Below, piece by piece: positions 26,042-37,012 of a stretch of DNA of 64,000 nt (within the stretch, counting starts at the first letter, position 1; each line of letters opens with the position of its first letter). The position numbers and the translations under genes were made by a program. The DNA lies in assembly GCA_965178125.1 (NCBI GenBank), contig OZ237739.1:1178001-1242000 (forward strand), in the 5' to 3' direction. A model generated the notes under the pieces. The model had not been told where the DNA came from, did no database searches, and worked only from the letters and a program-made list of their open reading frames with translations. This DNA is from Bilabrum cf. latius (lineage: Eukaryota).

Positions 26042-26617
26042 TCAATGTAGAAGCAACGCCACTAACTAATCAGGACTAAGAGCCATAATTTTGGATATTC
26101 TAAACATTTCATTTACAAACTAATCATTTGATAAGAAAGAAAAAGCGTTTCTTAATAGAGCCCATCTTCCACACGTAGCGCTGTTGTTAGCATAACTCTA
26201 AATCGGTTTATGATTATAATCAATTTTCCAACCTTCCATTTTCTAATCAATTAAATACTTTACCAGCGTATTTTCTTCTCCTTCTCCTTGATACAATTGG
26301 TCTCTATTAATAAATGGTTTCTATTGGTCGGGTTTTTCTCCATAGCTATCAAAGAAGTATATTATTTTGCTTGATGGTTTTCTGGTCAATGAAATGAAAT
26401 GACCGTATGTGCTATTTAGTCCCGTCTTTTTATTAGGATAATAAATAATTACGCCGTCATAACCATCAAAAATATGTTCAATAGATGAGGTCTATTTAAT
26501 AATATCATCGTAAATAACTATTCTAGGTTTGTAATTCAAATGTGCTACACCTAATTTTTGAATTTCTAAAGGAGATAACGGTGTTTGGACTAGTCTATTT
26601 AAGTCGTTTATGTTCAT
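26042..26617 (-). CDS. Adenain-like maturation cysteine protease, 191 aa (absent from the ORF track)
   Basis: YGHF, FFDSYG, KPI*SYANNSATCGRW: the His-Asp-Gln-Cys set, with the Gln encoded by TAG (26198-26200). Confidence 0.92.
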
Positions 26618-26625
26618 TTATATAT

Positions 26626-27696
26626 TCAATAGAGAAATATTTTTTTTGTGCTAACTACATAATTATTATCAACATTAATAGCAACATAACCAAAGAGAGG
26701 GAGAGAATGAAGGGTTTTTTTAATTCGTTTTCTAGTAGGAGCGTCAAAACTTAAGACTGTTTCTAAAATATATTTTAAACTTTTAGCTGTAATTGTTTTA
26801 TAAATGATATGGGTTGTAATTTCGTTCATAATGGTTCGTGTCTTCATACCGTCGCTTATTTTGTGGGTGATGTCTAAAACGCTACTTGCTGTGTGCCTTC
26901 CTGTAGTTGCTAGGATTTCCAATAAAAAATAAGCCTTTGCTTTCTGGTTCCTTTTTTTAAAGCCTTCGTAATCATCCAGAATAAATAAATTAGGTTCAGC
27001 GGTCAATTTTTTAAAAAACTCAACATTTAATTTAAAACCTTTTTCTATTAAATCTTTCTCAGGTTTCAAATCCTCTATCTTTCTTTCAGCTTCAATAACA
27101 ACATCTAAAGGTTTAGATTTCATCAAAGAAGATTTTTTATATTTAAATTCTAATTTCATTTTTTTATAATAAGCCATTTTTTCCTTATATAAAGTGTTTT
27201 CATTCTCTTTAACCAAATCATCTATATCAATGAAGGTCGCGCCTTCTCTTTTATATTTAGGGTCTTGAATTGGTGATATAACATACATATTTTTATATTT
27301 TAATCCTCTATACATCCTTATATAATGTAAAGCTAAATGACTTTTCCCGCTTCCACTCTTACCAAATAATCGCACATATTCACGCCCCTATGGAAAGAGC
27401 ATAGGAAAAGGTAAATATTGACTATTATCTTTAATCGCAAATTCCTAAACTGACCGTATATATTCATCTTGTAATAGTTTATGTAATTGTTCCCTTTTCT
27501 TGTCCTTATCAACGTTATATCTTACTCGGCTTTCTCCGTAATAAGATTTTAAAACATCATCTGTTATCTCTTCCGCTTTGACGTGTTGAATATCTTTAGC
27601 GTTCGGGTCGTAATAAATAAACCGGTTCTATTGTGTTTTTTTATATTTTTGAATAGCTACAATATGGCTATTTTCCGTATATTGTAAAGATAGCAT
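26626..27696 (-). CDS. FtsK-HerA (A32-like) genome packaging ATPase, 356 aa
   Basis: Walker A GKSGSGKS, Walker B LFILDD, TTGRH; extended to the ATG at 27696 through TAGs. Confidence 0.92.
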
Positions 27697-27788
27697 TATA
27701 TATAATAATAAAATAAAATAAACCATTTATTCACACGGGTTTAAAATATTAAGTTGGTTCCTTCTTCTATCCTTCCTCACAAAAAAAG

Positions 27789-28604
27789 TTATAGAGACAT
27801 AATTATATTTTTAATTTCCGCCCGTGTTTTCCTATTTATGTATTGGTCAATCCACGATATTATCTTATTAATATTTGCTTTAGAATACTTTGAAAATTGT
27901 TTTATTATTTCCACATTTCCTAATGCTTTTCTCATTAGTCCTTTTAGGCTTTGAAATGATTTTGACTTCTCGCTTTGATGTCCTTTTATTCTTAGCATAC
28001 TTTCTAATCGCATTCTTATGGAATATAAATATCCTAATGCTTCCCTATCAATTAAATCATTGACTCTTTTTTCATTCCTCTTCTCACCTCTTAATTTAAA
28101 TAAATCCTTCAATCGTTTTAATACTTTAAAATTATTAGAACCAAAATATTTATCTACATCTCTTATTAATCCATCTTTTACCTCGTCCTAATCTATTTCA
28201 TAATCACTTATATGATAAATTATGCTTATTTCATCTATAAATTTTCCATCAAAAGCCCAAAAATCAATTTTTAAGTATGGTTTATCTCCGCTAAATATCT
28301 ATTTATAAATGGTTTTAACGGGTGTAGATATGAATGCTTTTATGGTCTTGTATTTTTTATTACCAGCTTTAACCTCAATAAAATTAACCTAACTTATAAA
28401 AACCTTTACAAATCTTATTAAACTATTTATAAATTCAGGCTCTACCCTCTAATATAAATCTATATCACTAGCAAACAAGGAATAATAAGGAATAGCATAC
28501 GAACCATTTAAAAATAAATTAGCCCCCTTCTTAAAATTCACCTCATCAAATATATCGTTCTCGTATTCATTAAAATAAGCTTGTGTCAATTCATTAATTT
28601 TCAT
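27789..28604 (-). CDS. Pol-beta-type nucleotidyltransferase-like protein (Sputnik V21-like), 271 aa
   Basis: LNGSY...ASDIDL, FIEVKAG, KIDF. Confidence 0.7.
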
Positions 28605-28661
28605 TATATATTATAAGTATGGATAAATAACAAATTATATATACCCAATATATACAATAAT

Positions 28662-29051
28662 ATGAGCGTTAAATAGAGCATAAATGATATGACAAATAAA
28701 AGCCTTCATCATCTTGGAATAAACAGAAATGATTATAAAAAAGAAATTGATAAAATGGTTGAAGATACCGCAAACCAAATATTAAACGCAACCACAAAAG
28801 GAAAGACAAAAGGGGGAGCTGTAAACTTTCTTGGTGGATAGCCGAACGTTCTCGCTGGAGGTCCCAATTATCTCGCTGGAGGAAAAAAGAAGGGTTCAAA
28901 GAAAGCCCCTAAAGCTAAAAAGCCCCGTAGTGCTAAATAGTTAAAGAGGGATAAATTAATGAAATGGTGCCGTCAAAAGGGAATGACAATGAAAGCCAGC
29001 AATGCTTTTATAAAGAAACACGACCTTATGAATAAGGATATTTCATTTTAA
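28662..29051 (+). CDS. Basic putative core protein with repeated xGG motifs, 129 aa
   Basis: KGG, LGG, AGG, AGG followed by a Lys-rich C-terminus; 3 TAGs; TAA stop. Confidence 0.7.
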
Positions 29052-29128
29052 AAGACAGCCTACCAATTGACAAATTATCTCTTAAGTTTATAAATTATTA
29101 ATTATATCATTAATAATATATATATACA

Positions 29129-31198
29129 ATGTCAAACAATACAATTAATGATTTACTGAAGGGTATTATGTAGAAACGGTCTAATCAACTTAGGATACAA
29201 AATGACCCACAAGTTAGATTAATGATATAGCAAGAAGAAGATGAAGCAGAAGCCAGAAGAAAAACCCTAAAAGATGATGCTTTTCTTCGTGCTAATTATG
29301 TTCCTATTGATGTTAGAATTGAAAGACAACAACAACAACAAGGAATTGAAAATATTATTAAAAATATTAAGACTATGAACGCTAAAAAAGAATTACCAAT
29401 TTATCAAATAGAAAATTTACAATCATTTATAAATAGAAATCCAGATTTACCGGATAAATTAAAAAGATAGGTTGTAGATACCATTAATAATATTAATGTA
29501 AGGTAGGTAGTAGGACCAGCAAGCGATAAGAAAAAGGTATTTGATGGAATTAAAAATATTAATATGAGATTATTCACAACCACCAAAGCACAACGGGACG
29601 CAGTATTAGAACAATTACCAAGCGATATGAGAGGATTAAAAGCAGTTCAAATACGAAACGCTTTACGACAAGCTGGAATCACGAAAACCCCCCAAGGATA
29701 GAATGTTTCACAATTAACAAAAGTTGATGACGCTGTTAATGCTTTATAGGATGTTTTAAATCCTCCTGAAGCCGTTCAACAATAGCAAAGAGATGACCCG
29801 CAACCTGATAGACCTGAACCAGATAACCCGCAACCGCCACCAGAACCAAGACCAAAACCCCCTCCAACACCACAAGAAGCATTAAGCCCAGAACTACAAG
29901 AACAAATTGAAGCACTTGAAAGAGTAGCAAACGCCAATCCTTCAAGTAGTAGAAAAGCACCAAAGAAAACCGAACTAGCATCAATACTTAGATAGTCAAA
30001 TGTTAAAGGTGTAAAAGGACGGTCTAAAGTTGATTTTATAAAAAGTGCTTAGAAGAAATTATCAGAACTTAAACAAAAAGCACAAGAACAAGAGGCATCA
30101 CAATCATCAGGACAAGAAGAAGAAGGGGAGAACGCCAGTAGAAATTTATCAGGCTAGTTTTCAAAAGTATCACCCGCACCAGTTCCACCTAGTGGATTCT
30201 TACAAGCATCACCAGCACCACAAGGACAATCACCAGAACAAGAACAAGGACAATCACCAGAACAACAACAAAGCACATTTGGTTCTTTAGGACAATCGGT
30301 TATGGATGGTATCAGTTATTTAACAGGAAAAACAGGCTCACAACCACAAGCACCCCCCGCAGGTCAAGACAGAGGAAAAGGTGAAGCGATGGCAGTAGAT
30401 GAAGATGGAGAACCTATTACAGATGAATTTGGAAGACAACTTACAGAAGTTCAATTCAGACAAAGACAAGCACAGGCAGAACGAGATGAAGCACAAAGAC
30501 AACAAGAAGAAAAAGAAAGACAAGCTAGAGAACGGAGGGGAGCCCCAGATGAAGAACCAAGAGATGGAGAAGCCGTAGAACAAGCACAACCAGCAGAACC
30601 AGCAGAACCACAAGAACCAGAAGAACCACAGAAAACAGATGATGAAATAGCCAAATCAATAGGACAATCAATAAATGTAAAAACAGGTTCAACTAAGGAA
30701 TAGATATTATCACAATTACAAAAAGCTGGAATAAATCCAGTAGAATCAAAAACCGCAACTACATTAAAATATATTGTACGAAGGCTTAAAGCCGGAGTAT
30801 TACAACCTAATCTACCACCTGAGAGAATCGCTGATTTAGTAGCCAGAGCAAATACAGAAGGAAGAGATACAAGAGCAGTTAGTAGACAAGCAAAAAGTAT
30901 TCTTACTGATAACGGTTATCAAATGGATGGAATACCTATATGGACATATTCACCACCAGCTCAAGGTTTCGGAAATAAAGACCCTTATAATATGTTAATG
31001 AAAGCTATTAATTTAATTATTGATTAGAAAATAAAAACATAGAACAGGGGCGGTAGTTGTGGATGTGGCAAGCATAAAGGAGGACAAATTGAACAAGAAT
31101 ATTTTAATGTAGCCGGTGGTAAAGGTAATCATAATGTGAAGGACAAGGTAAAACAAATCTTATATCAACACTTTGAAAAACTAAGATTATTAAAATAA
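29129..31198 (+). CDS. Large Gln/Glu/Pro-rich protein, 689 aa, possible virion core protein
   Basis: One frame with only TAG interruptions; CAA CAA TAG CAA run; C-terminal RGG, KGG, AGG. Confidence 0.8.
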
Positions 31199-31243
31199 TT
31201 AGTCTATAGGATAATAATATTTTGTTTTGTATAGATATATATA

Positions 31244-31861
31244 ATGGCAGAGTTAGTAGCAACAGCAAGCACGGTTGGTGGGGTGTTGGTTCCTCTAGGA
31301 TATGCGGGATGCTTCCTTTGGAACTTATGTTCCTCACTTGCGAATCGTAAAAAATTGTGTTTAGTCCTTCCACGAAAAGGAGGTAAAAGTTCACTTAACA
31401 AAAGTTTAACGTCTATAGACCCGAATATTCTATTAGTTGATTTAGATGAAGTCCTTAAAGTTAATGCTGACACCAAACAGGTCGTACATTTGAATGACGC
31501 CGAAGCTAGGGGCGACGTATCAACAGCCAAACTTTTAAAATTTGAGCTTATGAAAAAAAGCATTGAGAAAGTTAAATCAAATTGGTTATAGAAAGCAGAA
31601 CATAGAGCCGTCTTTCTTACTTCAGATTTTGACCTAGCAAAAGAAATATTCAAGCCCTCCAGCGTGTGTGTAGCAATACCAAGCGATAAACTATACAGCA
31701 ATATCTCTAAAGATTTAGACGAGAAGGATAAAGCAGTAGCTAGACATTCACGAGCTGAATTTTTGAAGAGCTTTAACCCTAATGAATATAGCGTATATAA
31801 TACCTTTGAAGGGCTTTCATAGATGGTGATGTCAGTGTATAATATGACGTATAGAGTTTAA
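31244..31861 (+). CDS. P-loop kinase-like protein with hydrophobic N-terminus, 205 aa
   Basis: LVLPRKGGKSSL, LLVDLD; 2 TAGs; TAA stop. Confidence 0.65.
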
Positions 31862-31959
31862 TTTTAAAAACTGATTTTCTTAGAATATACTTTAAGTATA
31901 AATAGAATAAAAAAGGCTTATACAGAAAACAACTATTAACAATATAAAACAAATATAAA

Positions 31960-32667
31960 ATGCCTGATTATTCAAAAGGGAAAATATACCGGCTGTATTC
32001 TTTAAAAGACCCATCATTACAATGCTATGGTTCAACCTGCTAGACATTGAGTTAGAGAAAAGGGGGACACATTAGAGCATATAAACAATACATTGAAGGG
32101 AAGCGACACTACCAGACATCATTTAAAATAGTTGAATTAGGCGATGTTAGAATTGAATTAGTTCAATGCGTAAATTGTAAGAATAAGGAAGAGTTGTTAA
32201 AAATTGAAGGTCAATATATTCGTGATAATGAGTGTGTTAATAAGCGTATAGAGGGAAGAACAAGAAAAGAGTATTATCAAGATAATAAGGAAAGAATAAA
32301 AGAATACTTAGAGAAGTATCGTAAAGACAATGAAGAAAGAATAAAAATTAAAGTGAAAAAATATAATAAGGAGAATGAAGAAAGAATTAAACAGATTAAG
32401 AAAGAATATAACCAAAAAAATAAAGAGAACATTAGTATGTAGTTGAAAGAGTATCGTAAAAATAATAGTGAAAGAATCAAAGCAATGGAGAAAAAATACC
32501 GTGAGGACAATAAAGAAGAACTTAAAGTAAAATCAAAAATCTATTATGAAAAGAATAAAGCCAGACTATGCGAGAAAATTAAGTGTGATATATGTGGATG
32601 TAGTGTATCAAGACAAGGAATGAGGCGCCACCAAAAAACGAAGAAATGTAAAGACTCTAGGGTCTAA
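31960..32667 (+). CDS. GIY-YIG endonuclease with C-terminal zinc ribbon, 235 aa
   Basis: YSKGKIYRL..CYGSTC*TLS*RKGGH..IELV..EELLKIEGQYIR..CVN; CDICG..RHQKTKKC. Confidence 0.9.
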
Positions 32668-32674
32668 TTATTTG

Positions 32675-32704
32675 AATATTATTAAATAATAAATTAATAA
32701 TATT
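32675..32704. terminator. AT-rich hairpin between convergent GIY-YIG and integrase genes
   Basis: AATATTATTAA / TTAATAATATT stem; a similar hairpin lies at 16865-16887 between convergent genes. Confidence 0.5.
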
Positions 32705-33861
32705 TATTTAGTCTTATTATTAAAATTATCCTTTAGAGTTTTTGATATATTTTTAGCCGGCTCCGTTGTTATCTTCCATTGAATTAAATATTCATCTTGT
32801 CCCTCTTTATTCTTTCTTCTCTTTATTATTTTACCTATATCATTCTAATATTTTCTTTTAGTAGCCTCATCAACATATGAATCTTTCCATTTAACCCTGT
32901 ATGTATTATTTTTATTCTTTCTTATCAATTTTTCAATTATAAATATATCTTGTGCTTTATTCTCGTATGGTTTAGATGCTAATAACAACTAATCTCTATT
33001 AAAGTATGTATAGGGTATGCCCTCAATTTTATATAATGGGGGGTTATCTGGTTTTATTATTACTCTTTCAATTTTATAAGGCTTTACGCTATATTTAATA
33101 TCTCCCGCCCTAAATGCTCCGGTTTCCTTTATCCCTTCTATACTTCTAGGATAATCTAATCCTATTCTTACCATTTCGCCCTCATTTAATACATCACATA
33201 CTTCACCCTAACATCTAGGCGGTATATATGGTAGATTCTCCCTTTTCTTATTCAACATTTCCTATCTTGTTTTATAACGCTCGTTTAATATCTCCCTCAA
33301 CTTTGGTATTAAATGTCTCCAGTTCGTAATAGTTGTCCCCGTTCTTATCTCCTATGAATTCAAATAATAAAATATAGCTCTCCCTATTTCCTCATTCAAT
33401 CTCTCCACCAAAGCCATCTACGATTTACGCTTCACTCTTGAAAATATATGCTCTATCTTATTCTTCTTTAGATATTCTTTAAATGATTCATTATCAAATT
33501 CTCCCCCTTTATCTGTTCGTATCATTTTAGGTTTCATTAAATAATTTCTTTTATAGATTTTTTGAAAAGCTTTTATCACATCCTCCGCCCCTCTATCCTT
33601 TAACTCTTCAAAATCTAACGCTAATCCGCTAGTATCTATCACAACTAATAAATATTTTGAATCGTTCTTGGTAGCGTAAGGGAGATACAATAAATCAGCC
33701 TATTGGATAAGCCCCTCTTTAGTAGGTTTATAATATTTAACATAATTCAATCCTTTCGGTTTCTTTATCGGCTTCATTAAATCGTTCGTGATAGACTTCG
33801 TATTAAATCCAAAACTTGATTCATTAATATCATTATCTTTTTTCTTTCCTCTCTTACTCAT
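32704..33861 (-). CDS. int: Retroviral-type (rve) DDE integrase with C-terminal chromodomain-like segments, 385 aa
   Basis: Q*ADL, YLLVVID, IRTDKGGEF, LVERLN; FIIEKLI..YRVKWKD and IIKRR..EYLIQWK..EPAKNI. Confidence 0.92.
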
Positions 33862-33901
33862 TATATATATTAATTGATTTTAATATTTATAAATTAATTA
33901 T

Positions 33902-34273
33902 TCACGAATTAAAAAGCCTATTAATAGCTTCATTCGTTTTAATGTGCTCCTTGGTGTCTCTTATCTCCTAATGGATATCAACCAGCTTTAATTTTTCTTT
34001 CTTAGTGAGTCCGTTCATCCTTCCTTTTAATGCTTTTAAAGTTTTCATATAAGGGGCTATAGCTTCTGCTTTCTTTTTGCTCACCTCTTTATATTCCACA
34101 TTAAGAGCGGTTAATTTACTATTCACTTTATTTTTTAATTCTGTCTCTTTTATTTTTAGTTGCTTTAACTTTTGTTCTAATTCACGATTGGTCTTCTTAA
34201 AGTCTTCTACAATATCAAGAAATTCATTCTTTAACTTTGAGCGGGTATTAATCACTTTTTGTAATTTATCCAT
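33902..34273 (-). CDS. Coiled-coil protein, 123 aa
   Basis: Track ORF extended through TAG to TGA. Confidence 0.65.
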
Positions 34274-34283
34274 TTATATATAA

Positions 34284-34613
34284 TTACTAGATATTTTTTT
34301 TATTTTTTTTAAACTTCATTTTAACTCTTTGTAATTCTCGTGCTATTTCTAATTCCATTAATCCCCTTATTATTCTGCCATCGTGATAATCCTAAACTGA
34401 ACAATGAATCAAATCATTCTAAACTGCCGGTAAAGGTATTCTATACATCAATTCATATTTAATAATCTCAAGCGTTATTCTGCCTGTTCTCTTCTTCAAA
34501 GCTACCCCTAATAAGAGCGGTATTTGTTTATCAGAAACTCTTTTGAATGTCCCTCTAACTATTTTTAATATTCTGCTTATACTCTAATCTGTATAAATTG
34601 CTCTAAAATCCAT
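34284..34613 (-). CDS. Hypothetical protein, 109 aa
   Basis: ATG to TAA with TAGs only. Confidence 0.5.
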
Positions 34614-34716
34614 CGGTATATACTAAACCTATATTTTTTTTATTTATTTTTTAAACTATAGAATTTTATAAAACGGGTTTAATAAATTAAAATAAAATAT
34701 TGGGCTACATTATAAT

Positions 34717-35133
34717 ATGTTCGTTAAGTTCCTGTTATCAAGTGTCAACGTTAAAAAGGTACTCAAGAATAAAAGCATCTCCACTTTTATGTCAATCGTA
34801 TATATTTATGTTGAGAAGCACAAACCATCAATGTTAAAGCATTTTCAACTTGATGACCTTCGTGTCCCTCCAGATTGTAATGAACGACTTAAAAAAAGAG
34901 TATTAAGTGAATTTGAAGAAATTGATTATATATCATATTTCGTTCAACCATTTAGAATAATACACAAGCTAAATGAAGAAAATGTTGAATGCCTAAGTGA
35001 AGACTTAAATGATACCGTAGCCATAGATTTATTGGTTAAAAAAGAGAAGGAAGCCATTGAGAAATCAATAAAGAAATAGAAGGATGACATCATCAAAAAG
35101 GCTATAGATGACTTTATCTTACCCAAGGATTAA
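34717..35133 (+). CDS. Hypothetical protein, 138 aa
   Basis: Track ORF extended through TAG to TAA. Confidence 0.65.
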
Positions 35134-35183
35134 ACTATATATTAATAATAATAATAATAATAGTATTATTAAAATTCAAAAAT

Positions 35184-35531
35184 TTATTCTAAAAACTCAA
35201 TATCAAACCATTCATTTGAATCATCATATTCTTCAGCATACATCAACGATAATTCTATATACTCTTCTAATTCACTATTAGTAAGGTTATCAATTTCTTC
35301 TTCTTTCAATAGTTTGAAATCGGTTCCGTTGTCATCATTAAAACTTTCAACTTGACCTTCTGCTTCCTTTTTATATTCTTCTTTCCAATTATCACTCCAT
35401 ACAACTCTCTTCGCTTGGTCTTTTAAAGTGTCAGTATAAAGCTTTTGTGCTTCTTCCTTATTATTAAACTTTTTAACCCAGTGTGTATGATAACATTCAC
35501 TACCCCACGCTAATGATACAATATAAACCAT
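35184..35531 (-). CDS. Acidic hypothetical protein, 115 aa
   Basis: Open ORF ending in TAA. Confidence 0.65.
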   Translation of the reverse strand: MVYIVSLAWGSECYHTHWVKKFNNKEEAQKLYTDTLKDQAKRVVWSDNWKEEYKKEAEGQVESFNDDNGTDFKLLKEEEIDNLTNSELEEYIELSLMYAEEYDDSNEWFDIEFLE

Positions 35532-35572
35532 ATCTATAATAATTAAAAGTAAAATAATTATTATAATAAAAC

Positions 35573-36151
35573 TTAATTAAAATTATCCTCTATCTCTTCT
35601 CGCTCCTCGTTATCCAATACCCATTTTAATCTTGAAGGGTGCCACGCTCTAGAAATTAATTCTTCTTTATATTTTTTTGTTGTCTCAATTATCTTATCTT
35701 TTCTATTTTTCCAATACCTGTTATCAGTTAGCGTATATATTATGTTCTCTGATATAGTCTCAAAACGTTTTACTTTCTGTTTATGGTTCTGGATTATTGC
35801 TTTAATCTCGGGAGAACGTGAAACCCGCTCATTTATTAAACTCTGAATACTCCTCCTATTTCCATAATATCTTAAATGTTCTATTTCACTATTAGTTAAT
35901 CGGTTTTCTTTTACTTTTCTCATTTTAGATATTGTATCCTATTTGATAATCCGTAATTTTATTTTCTAATACTTTTTTAATACAAGGTATAAAATCTACT
36001 CTATAGCTTCATCCTCATTATCATATAAATCACATAGATAATTATATCGTTCCCAATGGACTCGCTCAGCTTTTCTAAGAAATGTTTTAGACGGTCTAAG
36101 CTCCTTTCTCAAACTCATAGATTTTTTGGTTAATAGTTCTAAGAAATCCAT
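35573..36151 (-). CDS. Hypothetical protein, 192 aa, with C-terminal KEEL..AWHPSR motif
   Basis: Extended upstream through 3 TAGs to the ATG at 36151; promoter motif upstream. Confidence 0.7.
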
Positions 36152-36220
36152 TCTGTATATACCTATAATAAATATATTTTTTAAGTCAATTTAAACGCTC
36201 TATAACAATTTAAAAATAAA

Positions 36221-37012
36221 AGCGCGTTTGTTCCATTTGTGAAGGTATAAGCGAGGATAAGGGGGTATAATGAAGGTAGTTTAGAAGGTTGAATAATGGA
36301 GTCCCATAAAGTGATGGAACTTTTGGCTAGAAAATGGCTAGAGTCCCATAACACCTTCACAAACTTGAGTAATCCACGTAATGAGAATTAATACTGAACT
36401 TGAATATTCACATTCATTTTTATTTATACATATACTTTTAAAGACCAACATTTCCTAAGATATACTGAACTTCAACTTCAATATTCATTTTCATTTTTTT
36501 TAATATTTATACATTCATATCATATATTTATTATTTATCAATATATTCTTTTAAATTAAATACTATTATGACCCATTATTATCATATTTAATATTCTATT
36601 TAGCCCTAAATTACCATTTCAAGGGGTACCCCTTAGATAATCATTCTAAATATATAATTTTATTGCTTTACCTTCATTAATGATTGAACTTGAATTAATT
36701 TTATAAATTTACATTGAACTTTAGAAGGTCAAATAATCACCCTTCTAAAATGAAGGGACTATTTTATACTAAAACACCAAAAGTCCCATTTGACCTTCTA
36801 ACAAAAGCCCCGGTACAAGAAATGTTATAATATACTATATAAATAGCATTTTTTGTACTATATCTTTTATAGAGGTTTCCTTGACTTTTGGAGCGACTAG
36901 CGACAAAAGGAGTGGAATGGACTGAAGAGCTTTAGCTCTGATGGACTGGAACTATTGAAACTTGTTTCCTTAACCGAAGGGAATAAATTTATTTATTACC
37001 GTAGCGGGGGGG
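36221..37012 (-). repeat. Right terminal inverted repeat (792 bp)
   Basis: Reverse complement of 11476-12267. Confidence 0.97.

Larger units (their letters stand above)
11476..37012. mobile_element. Endogenous virophage (provirophage), about 25.5 kb, complete
   Basis: Sharp GC-to-AT shift, 792-bp TIRs starting C7GCTACGG, AATAC duplicated at 11471-11475 and 37013-37017, empty site GATGAATACCGC in sister units, and MCP, penton, ATPase, protease, rve integrase and pPolB genes. Confidence 0.97.

Noticed and set aside
12550-36151. Virophage as a decayed element full of nonsense mutations
   Set aside because: The interruptions are TAG only, I found no frameshifts apart from one insertion, TAG falls at conserved Gln sites, and the TIRs match.
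11476-37012. AT-rich block as contamination or misassembly
   Set aside because: The target-site duplication, exact continuation of the host repeat on both sides and the shared genetic code argue for real integration. Read-level confirmation is still needed.
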